Shown here: positions 11,297 to 22,078 of the stretch, piece by piece | Numbering within the stretch: position 1 is the stretch's first letter | Layout of the letters: every line of letters starts with the position of its first letter | Source of the DNA: Blepharisma stoltei ATCC 30299 | Taxonomy: Eukaryota; Protista; Ciliophora | Direction of reading: 5' to 3' | Length of the DNA: 64,000 nucleotides | NCBI GenBank assembly: GCA_965603825.1 | Contig: CBFDEM010000047.1 | Location: forward strand, 744,001 to 808,000 | Translations under genes and position numbers: made by a program | The notes under the pieces: generated by a model | The model's input: the letters and a program-made list of their open reading frames with translations, nothing else | What the model was told of the DNA's origin: nothing | Databases searched by the model: none

Positions 11297-11660
11297 ATAT
11301 CATTAGAATGAGCTTGGTAAGAAGTCATTAGGAAAAATGTGAAATTATCAGATAGAAATTAATTAATTGTTAATGCAGAGAAGAGAGCAGGGAGACCGGA
11401 AGATAACAACTTATTTTTGAGCTAAATTATATTTGGTATTGACTGATTTTCTAAAAGTGATGTGAATAATTTAATTTAAAAGACACTCTACTGCATTTTT
11501 ATCTAGTAGCCTAGCTTATTTTATAAGCACAATTAAATACACAAATTCTAGAGAATTGATACACTTCTATTATAATCATATAGATTCAAAAATCCTATTT
11601 CGTAGCAAAAAACATATATTTCTATATAGCTGTTTTTTCGTTCTAAAATTAATAGTTAAT

Positions 11661-12749
11661 ATGACTACTCCAGGCCGAACTAAAGAACTCATTAGGATTT
11701 TCCAACAAATCAGTGAAGGTGGTCAAATGATCACCTCACGAACTATTAAAAAGTTCCTCAACAGCGACGTAAACACCGAAATGCTCCCTACAACCATCAC
11801 CCAATCTGATTTTATCGAAGCTTTTGATGCTGAGCTTTCTCGTCTAAAGGACCAAGAAGACTACTTAGTCTACCAAATAAGCCAATGCAAATCCAAAACC
11901 CGCAAGCACCTTCAGAGCCAAGGGGATCGGCAAGACGATTACAGCTTTGACGGCATCATGGACGGCAGCAAATTCGAGTTTATCGTCGAAGAAGCCCGTG
12001 ACCTCCCTGCAATGAACACGAATAATACAGCTGACTCTTTTTTCACTGTAAAATGTGACGAAGAATTAGTATATCAGTCACAATTGGCCCCAGATACTGC
12101 TGAGCCTATTTGGAATGATAAAGTTTCCATAGAAATTATAGCCCCAGACCATGTAATTGAATTTGAGCTGTGGGACGACGACTCAAACCCAGAGCTTATA
12201 GGGTCCTTTTTTCTCGAGCTAGGGAATTATGAAGACCAACAAGTCCATTGTAGATGGTATGATCTTGAAGGACCTGAAGGAATTTCTAGCGGAGAAGTAA
12301 AAATCACTGGGCAGTGGATTTATTCTATGGCGAAATTCCATAACAGTTGTTTGGATAAATATGATAGAAATATTACTCAATGTGAAAAAATGCTGAGTCA
12401 GGTGTCTGAGCATCAAGAAAAGCTTTATACGCTTGATGGGAAACAGTTGCTGATGGCTTGGTTTAATCCGCCATCGCTAGCTATGGTTTCGGCGAAATCG
12501 AGGCGTGGGAAACATTTTTTGAGTATCCCGTCTTCAAGACATGGGTCGCTTTTGGGGAGTCCGAGAAGTAAATCAAGAAAAAACACACGGTATTCGAGCT
12601 TCAAAGATTTATTTAATTCGCCTAGGCTCCCTGACACTGACCGCTATGTCAGTTCTTTAGATGAAGAAAAGTCATTTGAAAGGCAGCCTATCAAGTATGA
12701 TTTCTTGGCTATAGGCATGTATTTGAATTCTAGAATAAAACAAGCTTAG
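11661..12749 (+). CDS. C2-domain protein with flanking coiled coils
   Basis: IVEEARDLPAMNTNNTADSF..T.EPIWND..FELWDDD..IGSF..WYDL are C2 motifs. The first ATG is at 11661. Confidence 0.8.
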   Translation: MTTPGRTKELIRIFQQISEGGQMITSRTIKKFLNSDVNTEMLPTTITQSDFIEAFDAELSRLKDQEDYLVYQISQCKSKTRKHLQSQGDRQDDYSFDGIMDGSKFEFIVEEARDLPAMNTNNTADSFFTVKCDEELVYQSQLAPDTAEPIWNDKVSIEIIAPDHVIEFELWDDDSNPELIGSFFLELGNYEDQQVHCRWYDLEGPEGISSGEVKITGQWIYSMAKFHNSCLDKYDRNITQCEKMLSQVSEHQEKLYTLDGKQLLMAWFNPPSLAMVSAKSRRGKHFLSIPSSRHGSLLGSPRSKSRKNTRYSSFKDLFNSPRLPDTDRYVSSLDEEKSFERQPIKYDFLAIGMYLNSRIKQA

Positions 12750-12830
12750 ATAATATTTAATATAAATTTAGGCGATGAATTATGGAATGCCAATAAAGCA
12801 TCAAGTAAAATTTGATAATAAATATAAGAA

Positions 12831-13067
12831 ATGGATCCTAAAAGAGTACATGGACAAGAGAGAAGAAAAAGGCCGCAAAGATATCACGAAATTGATGTCG
12901 AAGCTCATATACAAGATATATGAGATGTAGTTGATCAAGGGAGCATGTCGACTGGACGCTCACAAACTACTGATCACAAGGATGGGAATTCTCAAAGCCA
13001 ATCGTTTTCAGGCAGATCACGAACAAATAACGAAATTGACCCAAAAGACTTTTTGGTAGATTTTTAA
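12831..13067 (+). CDS. Possible small hypothetical protein (78 aa, one TGA-Trp)
   Basis: ATG..TAA frame is open under UGA=Trp in a locally GC-richer patch. No recognisable motif. Confidence 0.35.
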
Positions 13068-13431
13068 AGTTTATTAATTAGATTGCATTATTGAAGCTGC
13101 ATTTTCTGTTACCGAGCATACTTTTCTTTTTAATTTTCACGATTTTGAATATAGAAAAAATCAAATAAGAAATTCTCCTTTTTATATTTCACTAAAATCA
13201 GTCACATAAATTATTTTCTGATATTGACTAAACTTAACTATTATACAATTTCATAAGTTTTATTTAAATAGAAATCTATAATCGGTTTGATTTTATGAAT
13301 TCATATATTATCAGATTAAAATGAAAAAAATTAAAAACTGATCTCTCCATAGAGAATATAAAAATGCATTAATTATGGAATAATTACTGAAAATCAAAGA
13401 ATTATTTATTATCTAAAAGGTTCATGATTAT

Positions 13432-13878
13432 TTAGTAATACCTGTCTGATTTGTATTTCACTAATTTTTCCCATCTGACCCTGAAATACTTAGCTCGAAT
13501 CATATAAAATCCCCATAGAATAATAAGAAATTTTCAGGTCTACATAAAAGTTACCACAATAGGCGGAGGAGGCTCATAGTGCCTGAACATAATGTCATTC
13601 CCATATATGATTTTGCATTCCCTGAGTATATCTTTATGTGACCATCCTCTATTTGCCAACTTAAACACTGTCCCATGTACTTTTCTACACATAAAGGAGT
13701 CTGCATTTTCTATTGGGTCATCTCCACCGCAATCATAGCATCTCAAGTATGCCATAAGCTTTCTATGTTCATAATATTCTTTTTCTTTCAACAAATATTG
13801 AGGGAAACTTTCTTCTCGCTTAAAATTGAAATGCTTGACGCCGTCTTTGTATCCTTCTTCTGAGGTCTCCCTTATCAT
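13432..13878 (-). CDS. ccmH: CcmH-like cytochrome c maturation (System I) thiol-redox protein; one 15-nt intron
   Basis: LRCYDC..PIENADS..V..L...GWS.KDI...K.IYG.DI...PP. After intron removal there is a C-terminal TM segment TWKFLIILWGFYMI. Confidence 0.72.
13540..13554 (-). other. 15-nt intron GTAACTTTTATGTAG
   Basis: GT..AG with A at position 10. Removal restores the TM tail. Confidence 0.8.
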
Positions 13879-13907
13879 GAATAAAAATTATTTTATTATT
13901 TTATTAT

Positions 13908-14816
13908 TTAAAGGTTTATTGTCTTAGAAGTCGGCTTAAGTTTTCGTTTTAGCTTTGACGTAAAAGAATTCAACGTTTGCGAAGTATCAGCTTGCTGAAT
14001 ATGGTCTAAAACCTGTTCTGCAGCATTATGGGCGACTTCTTTTGCACTATATATATTTTCATCTAAATGGATATCTGCTTCTAAATACGCTAATTTTCTT
14101 TCCTGTGCATAAATTTGTTTCATATCATTTTTCCTCTGCTGAAAATGGTCGTTTATTTCTTTTTTCATCGCTTTGCACTGCTCATTTAAGCTTTCCGCTT
14201 CTCTTTGAAACCTGCTCTGCATGCTTGAGTAAGCTTTTTCTTTATGAGACAGCTGTTCTTGGTAAATAATAATCTGCCCTTTCAATAATTCTAATAATTT
14301 TGCAATACTTGGGTCACTTGTCTGTAAAATCGACTGGATTTTAGGCTGGGACTGTATATACGAGTTTAATTCTTCTTGGTGTTTCTGCTGCAGATCTTTG
14401 GCTTTCTTTTTCAAGCTTTCCAGGGTCTCTTTTAAATGGTGGTAATCATTAGATACAGGCGCTTCTTCTGCGTTTTTTCTGAGTGCTAGCATTTCCTGCT
14501 CATTTTTTGCGAAGAATTTTTGGTTCAGCTCTTTGGCTTTTTCTAGTTTTTTTTTATAAGCTAAAAGTTTGTCGACTTCTTCTTTTAAAACTTCGTTTTC
14601 ACGCTTGACTTGAAAAAGTTTTTGTCTGTTGAAGGCTTCTTTTACTTGGGTTTCTTTGAGAGCTTCATTTAAATTTTCGATTTGTTCTTCTGAGTGGATT
14701 TCTGGGGTTTCTGGGCGTAAAGATGTGCGCGAGTTGAAGCCGCTACGCTGAGCTAAAGGAGTGGAGATTTGGGATCTTGATTTTGCTGAGGACTGGGAGG
14801 CTAGTTTTTTGCTCAT
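13908..14816 (-). CDS. Coiled-coil hypothetical protein
   Basis: 302-aa E/K/Q-rich heptad ORF. Confidence 0.75.
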   Translation of the reverse strand: MSKKLASQSSAKSRSQISTPLAQRSGFNSRTSLRPETPEIHSEEQIENLNEALKETQVKEAFNRQKLFQVKRENEVLKEEVDKLLAYKKKLEKAKELNQKFFAKNEQEMLALRKNAEEAPVSNDYHHLKETLESLKKKAKDLQQKHQEELNSYIQSQPKIQSILQTSDPSIAKLLELLKGQIIIYQEQLSHKEKAYSSMQSRFQREAESLNEQCKAMKKEINDHFQQRKNDMKQIYAQERKLAYLEADIHLDENIYSAKEVAHNAAEQVLDHIQQADTSQTLNSFTSKLKRKLKPTSKTINL

Positions 14817-14890
14817 ATTGGGGTTATTAAGGATTGTAATAAAACTGTTTAAAAATTCATGATGGATTTGTTTGTATATTTAAGTTAATA

Positions 14891-15841
14891 ATGGACAATA
14901 AGACAGGGTTAAAATCATCTTTTTCTATATCCATACAAGCGCATGTGATTTCTGGAATACTCGCAGAAACCTTAGCACTTCCATTGGATACTATAAAAAT
15001 ACGACTGATGACACAAAATTATTCTGCTCCCTCACAAGTGAAATATTCAGGGATGTTTAACTGTGCAGTCACTATTGCTAAAGAAGAAGGTATTTTGTCT
15101 TTATGAAAAGGCTACAAAGCTGCTGTTTTAAGGCAATCAATCTTTCTCTCAACTCGCTGGTACATTTATACGGAAATGAAAGAATTACAGTATTTCAATT
15201 CCAATAGCGATACATTTACATTGATGGATTTAGTGACACTTGGGGTTGTTTCTGCTCTCCCAGCAGTCTTATTATCAAATCCTTTTGATTTAATTAAAGT
15301 CAGAATGCAAGGCGATAAATCAAAATTTACTCCTGAAAGAAAAGGGACTATTAATACTTCATTTCAAAGAAGCACAAACCTAAAAGATACAGTACGCTAT
15401 AGAGGTGTTAACGAAGCACTTGTAAAAATAAGCACCCAAGAAGGCTTAAAAAGCTTATGAATTGGCGCAGGGTTAAGCTGGTTGAAAATTGCAATAATAA
15501 CACCTATAGATTTTATTGTATATACAATGATAAAAGAAGCTGTGATTAGAAATGGGCTGAGCGACGATTATACAACGCATCTTTTATGTGGAGCTATCAG
15601 TGGGTGCATGACATTTTTTGTTACTCCGATTGATTTTGTCAAGACTAGGCTGATGAATGCACTAAAAGGAGAATACAGTGGGGCTAACGATGTTTTCTTG
15701 AGAACATTGAAAAATGAAGGGTTTGAAACTTTGTTTAGAGGTGTTGTTCCAGGAGCACTCAGGATTGCATTGTCACATGCAATTACATTCTCAACTTTTG
15801 AACAAATTAGAAACTTTTTAAAAAGCAGCTATGATGAATAA
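14891..15841 (+). CDS. Mitochondrial carrier (SLC25, UCP/dicarboxylate-like), divergent paralog
   Basis: Three PxDxxKxR repeats. TGA encodes W in SL-W-KG and SL-W-IG. Confidence 0.88.
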
Positions 15842-16204
15842 ATAGCTTATAATTTGATGTTTAAGGCTAAAATTTAAAATAGTAGCTGATTGTGTATCTT
15901 TGTAAATGATGAATCTCATCATTTGCTTTTAATCAGAAATGGTTTATTTATTAATTTTATTCTACCAAACTTGCATCTATAAATTTTGGTAAAAAGCTTA
16001 TAATTTTAATAATCTATATTCTAATATATAGAGTATGCTGAGAATAAAAGAGATTATAGATCATCAAACCTCTCAAATATCCTTAAATTTCTATCTGCAG
16101 AAGATTCCAATGACATATATTTTCTACAACCATTAAACCCATTGACTAGATCTATTTCGAATAAATCAAAATTAATAAGTTATTTTCTTTGGTAGATATA
16201 ATAA

Positions 16205-17113
16205 ATGGTAGGAAGTTCCCAAACAAGCTTGCCTTTTCATTGGACAATGATTTCAGCAGGTATTGGAGGCAGCATTGCTGAGCTTTTTACTCTCCCCTTC
16301 GATACCGTCAAAGTCCGCCTTATGGTGCAGAAGCAGGCAGGTGGTCCTGCAAAATACTCAGGCATGCTCAATTGCGCGACAGTAATGGCAAAAGAAGAAG
16401 GAGTTTCCTCACTTTGGAAAGGACTAACTCCTGGTATTCAGCGTCAGCTTGTTTATTGCTCTCTCCGTCTCGCCATGTATACAAGTTGGAGTGACTGGGT
16501 CACTGGATCAACTAAAGACAATCATAAAGATCCTTCATTACTTCAGAAAATCTACTTAGGCTTATTATCAGGTGGTGTGGCTATCTCTATTGCAAGCCCA
16601 ACTGATTTAGTAAAAATTAGACTCCAAGGCGACAGAAAAAGTGCCACCCCAAGATATAATGGCTCAATGGATGCTTATGGAAAAATATTAAGAGAAGAAG
16701 GACTTCCGGCCTTTTGGACTGGCTGGGGGCCAAATGTCATTAGAAACTCTGTCATCAATGCTGCTGAGCTAGCGAGTTATTTCCAAATAAAACAATTTGC
16801 ATTGGGCGCTGGGCTTAAGGACAATACGACAACTCATTTTATCTGTGGATTTTCAGCTGGAGCTTGTGCAGTGCTTGTAGGAAACCCTGTAGATGTGGTC
16901 AAAACGAGAGTCATGAATGCAAAACAAGGGCAATATAATGGAGTTTTGGACTGCGTATTTAAGACATTGAAAAATGAAGGGTTCTTAGCGTTTTATAATG
17001 GATTCTGGCCAAATATTATGAGAATTGGAACATGGAATATGGTTATGTTTGTGGCTTTTGAAAGAGTCAAAAGGATTGTCGCTGAGAAATTTGTGAACCA
17101 AGGTAATCATTAA
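16205..17113 (+). CDS. Mitochondrial carrier, uncoupling-protein-like
   Basis: PFDTVKVRL, PTDLVKIRLQ and PVDVVKTRVMN repeats, plus GWGPNVIRNSVINAAELASY. Confidence 0.92.
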   Translation: MVGSSQTSLPFHWTMISAGIGGSIAELFTLPFDTVKVRLMVQKQAGGPAKYSGMLNCATVMAKEEGVSSLWKGLTPGIQRQLVYCSLRLAMYTSWSDWVTGSTKDNHKDPSLLQKIYLGLLSGGVAISIASPTDLVKIRLQGDRKSATPRYNGSMDAYGKILREEGLPAFWTGWGPNVIRNSVINAAELASYFQIKQFALGAGLKDNTTTHFICGFSAGACAVLVGNPVDVVKTRVMNAKQGQYNGVLDCVFKTLKNEGFLAFYNGFWPNIMRIGTWNMVMFVAFERVKRIVAEKFVNQGNH

Positions 17114-17228
17114 AATAATGAACCTATTAAGAATAAATTTAATAGTTAAGAACTGAATCGGTTAATTTGAATAAATCTTACAATTTATATTGAAATTGGA
17201 TTATACTCTTCAATTTTATCTGAAATAG

Positions 17229-17382
17229 TAATTTTGGTTCAAAATTATTTTAGTTTATCATTTGTCTTTGTCTTCCTTTATTCATTACCCTTTATCTCTT
17301 CAGTCTCATTTTCTTTTTCTGCCATTCTTCTTTCTATTTTAATGCTCGCACATCCCAACTGCCAAAAAATAAAAAAGTCTCT
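17229..17382 (-). repeat. Direct-repeat copy of the 3' end of the Rab gene (matches ~18447-18632)
   Basis: tttattcattaccc..tatctcttcagtctcattttctttttctgccattcttctttctatttt is shared with 18516-18590. Confidence 0.88.
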
Positions 17383-17396
17383 TTGCTTTTAACAAT

Positions 17397-18419
17397 ATGT
17401 CAACAGGAGGATTTGCTCTTCATGGCTATAATGAAGGATCGCTTCATCAAAGACTGCAGCTATTAAAAGCATCAGATAGTTTTATTGAGTGTCTTAATCA
17501 TATTAGCACTCTAAGTAACGAGCAAATCGTCATTGTAGATTATGGATCATCTGAAGGTTACAACTCAATGGTATTCCTAACTCAAACTCTTTCAAAATTT
17601 AGAGAAACTTCAAGCAGCCCTATTCTTGTTGTTCACAATGACTTGCCAGACAACAATTGGTTGAAGGCTTTTAAAACAATTTTGGAGTCTGAAGACTCAT
17701 ATGTAAAAATTCCAAATGTTTATTTTTCAGCAAAAGGCCGATCATTTTACGACCAAATTTTGCCAAATAACTCAGTTCATATTGGGCTTTCATCTTCAGC
17801 TCTTCACTGACTATCAGAACCTATTAGTGCTCCCGACAATTGTGTGCCTTCCTCTTCACTTAACCCTGAATTCAAAGCTTTAGCATCAAAAGTCGCTCAT
17901 AACGATTTAGTCACAGTTCTCCGCCAAAGACACAAAGAATTAGTTAGCTCAGGAAGATTCGTTTTTCTATTTATGAACCAGGCTATATCAACAGCTACAT
18001 GAGGCACTGTCCTTCATACTACTACAGAAAATTCGTTTATCAAAGGATATATTACTGAAGAAGAAAAGAGAAATATAACAGTCCCAATGTATGGGAGAAC
18101 TAATGAAGAAGTCCAAAATGCCCTTAATGAAGTCTCTGATTTGTATAGAGTTGTTGTATTTACACAAGTAGGAGAAGACAGGATTCCTGGTGTTGATAGT
18201 CTTTCTGATGAAGAAAAAAATAAGTTTGTTAATGGGCTTAAGAGACTTGCTGCAGCTTCTTTAAGAGGAGTTATACAGAGAGCAGTTAATAGGAGTGAGG
18301 AAGAAAGGAATGCAGTTTATGAGTTGTTTATTAAAGAGTTGTCAGATGTATTTGATGCAGGGGATTGTAATTGTTGGCCACAATATCATTTGATAGTTCT
18401 GGAGAAAAAATCTTCATAG
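17397..18419 (+). CDS. SABATH-family (Methyltransf_7) SAM-dependent carboxyl methyltransferase
   Basis: IVDYGSSEGYNS, HNDLPDNNW and GRSFYDQILPNNSVHIGLSSSALH(W=TGA)LS motifs. A second TGA is at 18000. Confidence 0.88.
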
Positions 18420-18526
18420 ATAGTCTTAATCTAGGCTTGACAAATTTAATTTTGTTCAAAATTATAATAAGAATTCCTCCTAATTTTTAATTTATCATTT
18501 GTCTTTCCGAATTTTTCTGATTTTCT

Positions 18527-19099
18527 TTATTCATTACCCATTATCTCTTCAGTCTCATTTTCTTTTTCTGCCATTCTTCTTTCTATTTTGATACTTGCTG
18601 ATAATTCAACTGCCAAAAAATTAAAAAGTCTATCCACATTTAACCCGATTTTCGCTGAAGTTTCCAAAAATATCATTCCACAGTCATTTGCAAATTTTTG
18701 TCCTTCTTCAAATAAAGCCTCTCTTTCTCTTTCTAAATCAGCTTTATTCCCTACCAAAACTGACGCAAGACTGCTTAAAGCCGTTTCTCTTACTTCAGCA
18801 ATCCAATTATTCAGATTTTCAAAGGTTTCTCTTCTTGTTACATCATAAACAAAGATTGCAGCCGCAGTTTTGTTATAATACGAGCGAATATAGTTTCTAA
18901 ACATTTCTTGGCCAGCTGTGTCAAAGATTTGCATTCTCATCATTTCATCATTTTTATTAAAAAATCTTATAGAGAAATCAACGCCTGAAGTGTGCTTATA
19001 TTCTTCTTGAAATTTTTGCTGGAAGTATCTGAGATATAAGCTTGACTTGCCAGTTTGAGAGTCTCCAATTATTAGGCACTTGAAAGTACGTTCAGGCAT
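18527..19099 (-). CDS. Divergent Rab GTPase (Rab2-like) lacking C-terminal Cys
   Basis: GDSQTGKS, FDTAGQE, GNKAD and ETSAK motifs. Confidence 0.88.
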   Translation of the reverse strand: MPERTFKCLIIGDSQTGKSSLYLRYFQQKFQEEYKHTSGVDFSIRFFNKNDEMMRMQIFDTAGQEMFRNYIRSYYNKTAAAIFVYDVTRRETFENLNNWIAEVRETALSSLASVLVGNKADLEREREALFEEGQKFANDCGMIFLETSAKIGLNVDRLFNFLAVELSASIKIERRMAEKENETEEIMGNE

Positions 19100-19482
19100 T
19101 TTTATATTGCCATTTTAAGAATTAAATAGATAACTTATTGTATTCTATTCTTTTTTTTTTTAATAAATTGTTTACAATGTGTATGGAGTCCAATCAGCGT
19201 AAATTCCAAGATAATTCTTTTATTGCTTATATTAAGGTCTTTATTCTGGATTCAAAGACTGAGCATTTTATAATTTTCAATGAGTTTTTCTGAGGACTAA
19301 ATTTGCTTTTCCACTGGAATGATTAGCACGTGATAATATATTGAAGGACATTGCTATAGATAAATGCTTATATCTATTTTTAAAATTTAAGGTTTTTAAT
19401 CAGAGTTTTATCATAAGCTATAAAATATAACTTATTAAAATTAATAATAATTAGGGTCTTGCTTCCATTTTTCTATTGTAAA

Positions 19483-20286
19483 ATGAGTAATAAATCATCA
19501 AGATCAAAGAAAGATATTGAATATAAAGAAAAAGGGAACGTTTATTTCAGCCACAAGGATTATAAAAAAGCAATAGAAAGCTACACTAAAGCTATTAAAA
19601 TAAATCCTAAAGAATCAATCTATTTCTCTAATAGAGCTCGGTGTCATTACATTCTAGAAAACTATAGAAAAGTGCTAGCAGACTCTTCTAAAGCAATTGA
19701 CCTTAATTCCTCCAATATCAAAGCATATATAGTCCATGCCCAAGCACAGGCTAAATTATCTCAAACTCTTAATGAACTTTTTACCTCTCTCAATTACTGC
19801 AAATCAGCTTCCCTTCTTGCCAAAAAAACAGGCCAGTTTACTATTCTTGACCAATGCAAAGAATTAAAGCACAAAATAAAAGCGATTCTCTATGCAAAGC
19901 AGCATGAAATCAGAGAGCAAACCATATATGAATTAGAAAAATATTACACCCCTTTAATTAGAAGAAGCCAAATTTTTGAAAAATTTAAAAAATTCGTAAA
20001 GCACCAGCCTTACCAACAAATTTCTGAAGGCTTAACCTGCCCGATTTCGCTTTTATTATTCAAAGACCCCATTACTACCACAAGCGGATTTTCTTATGAA
20101 AAAGAAGAGCTTTATTTGCATTTAACTAAGGTAGGAGGGTTTGATCCTATGACAAGGGAGCCAATAGAGTATAAGCACGCTATTAAAAACCATGTCCTGA
20201 CAGCTGCAGTGAAATATTTTAAATCTCAAAATCCTTGGGCTTATATAGCTGATGAGCCTTTGCCGTCTGTTGAAATTAATCTTTAG
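19483..20286 (+). CDS. TPR + U-box E3 ubiquitin ligase (CHIP/STUB1-like)
   Basis: KEKGNVYF..YTKAI..YFSNRARC is TPR-like. LTCPISLLLFKDPITTTSGFSYEK..FDPMTREP is the U-box. Confidence 0.88.
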   Translation: MSNKSSRSKKDIEYKEKGNVYFSHKDYKKAIESYTKAIKINPKESIYFSNRARCHYILENYRKVLADSSKAIDLNSSNIKAYIVHAQAQAKLSQTLNELFTSLNYCKSASLLAKKTGQFTILDQCKELKHKIKAILYAKQHEIREQTIYELEKYYTPLIRRSQIFEKFKKFVKHQPYQQISEGLTCPISLLLFKDPITTTSGFSYEKEELYLHLTKVGGFDPMTREPIEYKHAIKNHVLTAAVKYFKSQNPWAYIADEPLPSVEINL

Positions 20287-20333
20287 TTAAATTTTTTTTG
20301 GAATAAATTGAAAATTATTAAGGAATGTGTGTA

Positions 20334-20407
20334 GGTCCCATAGCTCAGCTGGTTAGAGCGCTGTGCTAATAACGCAGAGGTCGTGAGTTCGATCCTCACT
20401 GGGACCA
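20334..20407 (+). tRNA. tRNA-Ile(AAT)
   Basis: GGTCCCATAGCTCAGCTGGTTAGAGCGCTGTGCTAATAACGCAGAGGTCGTGAGTTCGATCCTCACTGGGACCA followed by a T-run. Confidence 0.95.
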
Positions 20408-20467
20408 CTTTTTTATTTAAATATTAAAATATTTTTAAATTAAAATTTACAATAGTTATAGATTTCG

Positions 20468-22078
20468 TTACCTATCTGAGCCAACATCGCTGCTAGAATC
20501 CATGTTTGAGCCTTCAATTCTGGGCCTAGGAGAAGAATGCTGTGAGCCAAACGATGACTCACTTGTTTTTCGGATTATAAGTTTTCTTATAGCTCGAAAC
20601 TGCGCTTTTTTCATCTCAACTAAGGTTACTCGCTTGCTTCTGTCTGAATTTCTCCTATAGTTACTTTCATTACCATTAGGAGATACTCCAAATTTTGTTT
20701 TAAATTCGCGGAGATTTACTTGGACTTGTTTTATTTTTTCGGCAAGAAATAGTTGATTATTAGTCATTTCAACTGCAACTTTTAGTATTCTCTCGCTTGG
20801 CTCGAGGTGGTGAAAAATTTTTGGCATGCAAATGTTCATTTTTTTAGTAAATTCATTGATGTTTTCATTCATTGTTTTTGTGATTTCTCCTTTCATTTGA
20901 TTTTTTAATAGTATAAACCGAATGATTTGAGAGTTATAAGCACTGAGCTCTTTAAGACGAGGCTCCTTGAGTTTTCTCTTTTTAATTAATATTCATCACC
21001 TCTGTAAAACAGTTGATGCAAAAGGCTCTAATCGTTTTTTGATATTTTTTTTGAAAACCATACAGTCATACATCTGAAATTCGTTGTGGTTAAATGAGAT
21101 GCTGCTTTGAACAGCCCAAACTGTATAAGAAATAGAGAAAACTCCAAAAATACTTGCGGCTACACAAACGACTCTTCCTAAATGGGTTGTTGGTACATTG
21201 TCTCCATATCCTATAGCTAGCGCAGTGATCCCAACTGTATAAAAACCATTTCAAACATAATCAAACTTCGTGCTTGATATGGTTCGTTCAAAAATCCTTA
21301 GCAATATCCCTCCACTTATTATAAGTAAGCCTAATAAAAAAAATATTGAAAAATAAGTTTTCGTATTTAATAAACATTTCAAAGCAAATTTCATCATATC
21401 CTTTACGTTTTCCAAATTGCATATATGCTCCGCTCTTTCTGAGCTGTACGTTGTGCACTCATATATCATTTTGAAAATAAAATAAAGCCTAATAAAAGAA
21501 AAAGAAATCAGCACATCATCGACTGACATCAGTGAATAAGCGTTCATTTGTTTGAATGAAAATGTTCAATCACAATATGGTGGGACATTTACGCAGCAAA
21601 AAAATATTTCTATCACCATAATATCCCTTAAGTTAGGATATTCTCAAATACTGCTATTAACATGGCATTCCCTATATGCTTTTTTAAGATAAAGTTTAAT
21701 TGAATAATACTGTAAAATTAAGCCTATTGAAATGATGCTTAAAAAAATAATGCAGGTCCTTAGCATGTTTTCAGAAACATCAGATTCATATTTATTTGCA
21801 ATGAACATTTGATTTTCGATATAATCCAGGATAAGTATTAATATATTTAGCGCAGCTGTAAATATTGAGTTTCACCTTGATCTAGCTTGCAACTTTGATA
21901 TATCTAGCTGTGGAAAAATCGTTCCAACTTTTTTAGGAATACAATTTGCGTCTCCAAATGGATCCTCGATAGGAATAAGAGATCTTGATGAGTTTTTTCG
22001 ATATTGATCTTTATTTTCGTTTTTTATTGTCAAAGATCTTCTTAGTGGTATCATTTTATTATCAGAAAATTGTTTCAT
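20468..22078 (-). CDS. SK-like (small-conductance Ca-activated) K+ channel
   Basis: Three ORF fragments share one frame and are joined via TGA. Pore: YV-W-NGFYTVGITALAIGYGDNVPTTHLGR. Confidence 0.82.

Larger units (their letters stand above)
4725..11505 (-). repeat. Tandem array of [Rab8-like gene + ~200 bp spacer + tRNA-Asn] units, degenerate, interrupted by a retroelement
   Basis: Homologous flanks recur at ~4730/5810/7215, ~4920/6195/7393/10525 and 7041/11405. tRNA spacings are 1076, 201 and 1198 bp. Confidence 0.9.

Noticed and set aside
12719-12733. Possible 15-nt intron GTATTTGAATTCTAG in the C2 gene
   Set aside because: It lacks A at position 10 and is not needed to keep the frame, so it cannot be supported without RNA data.
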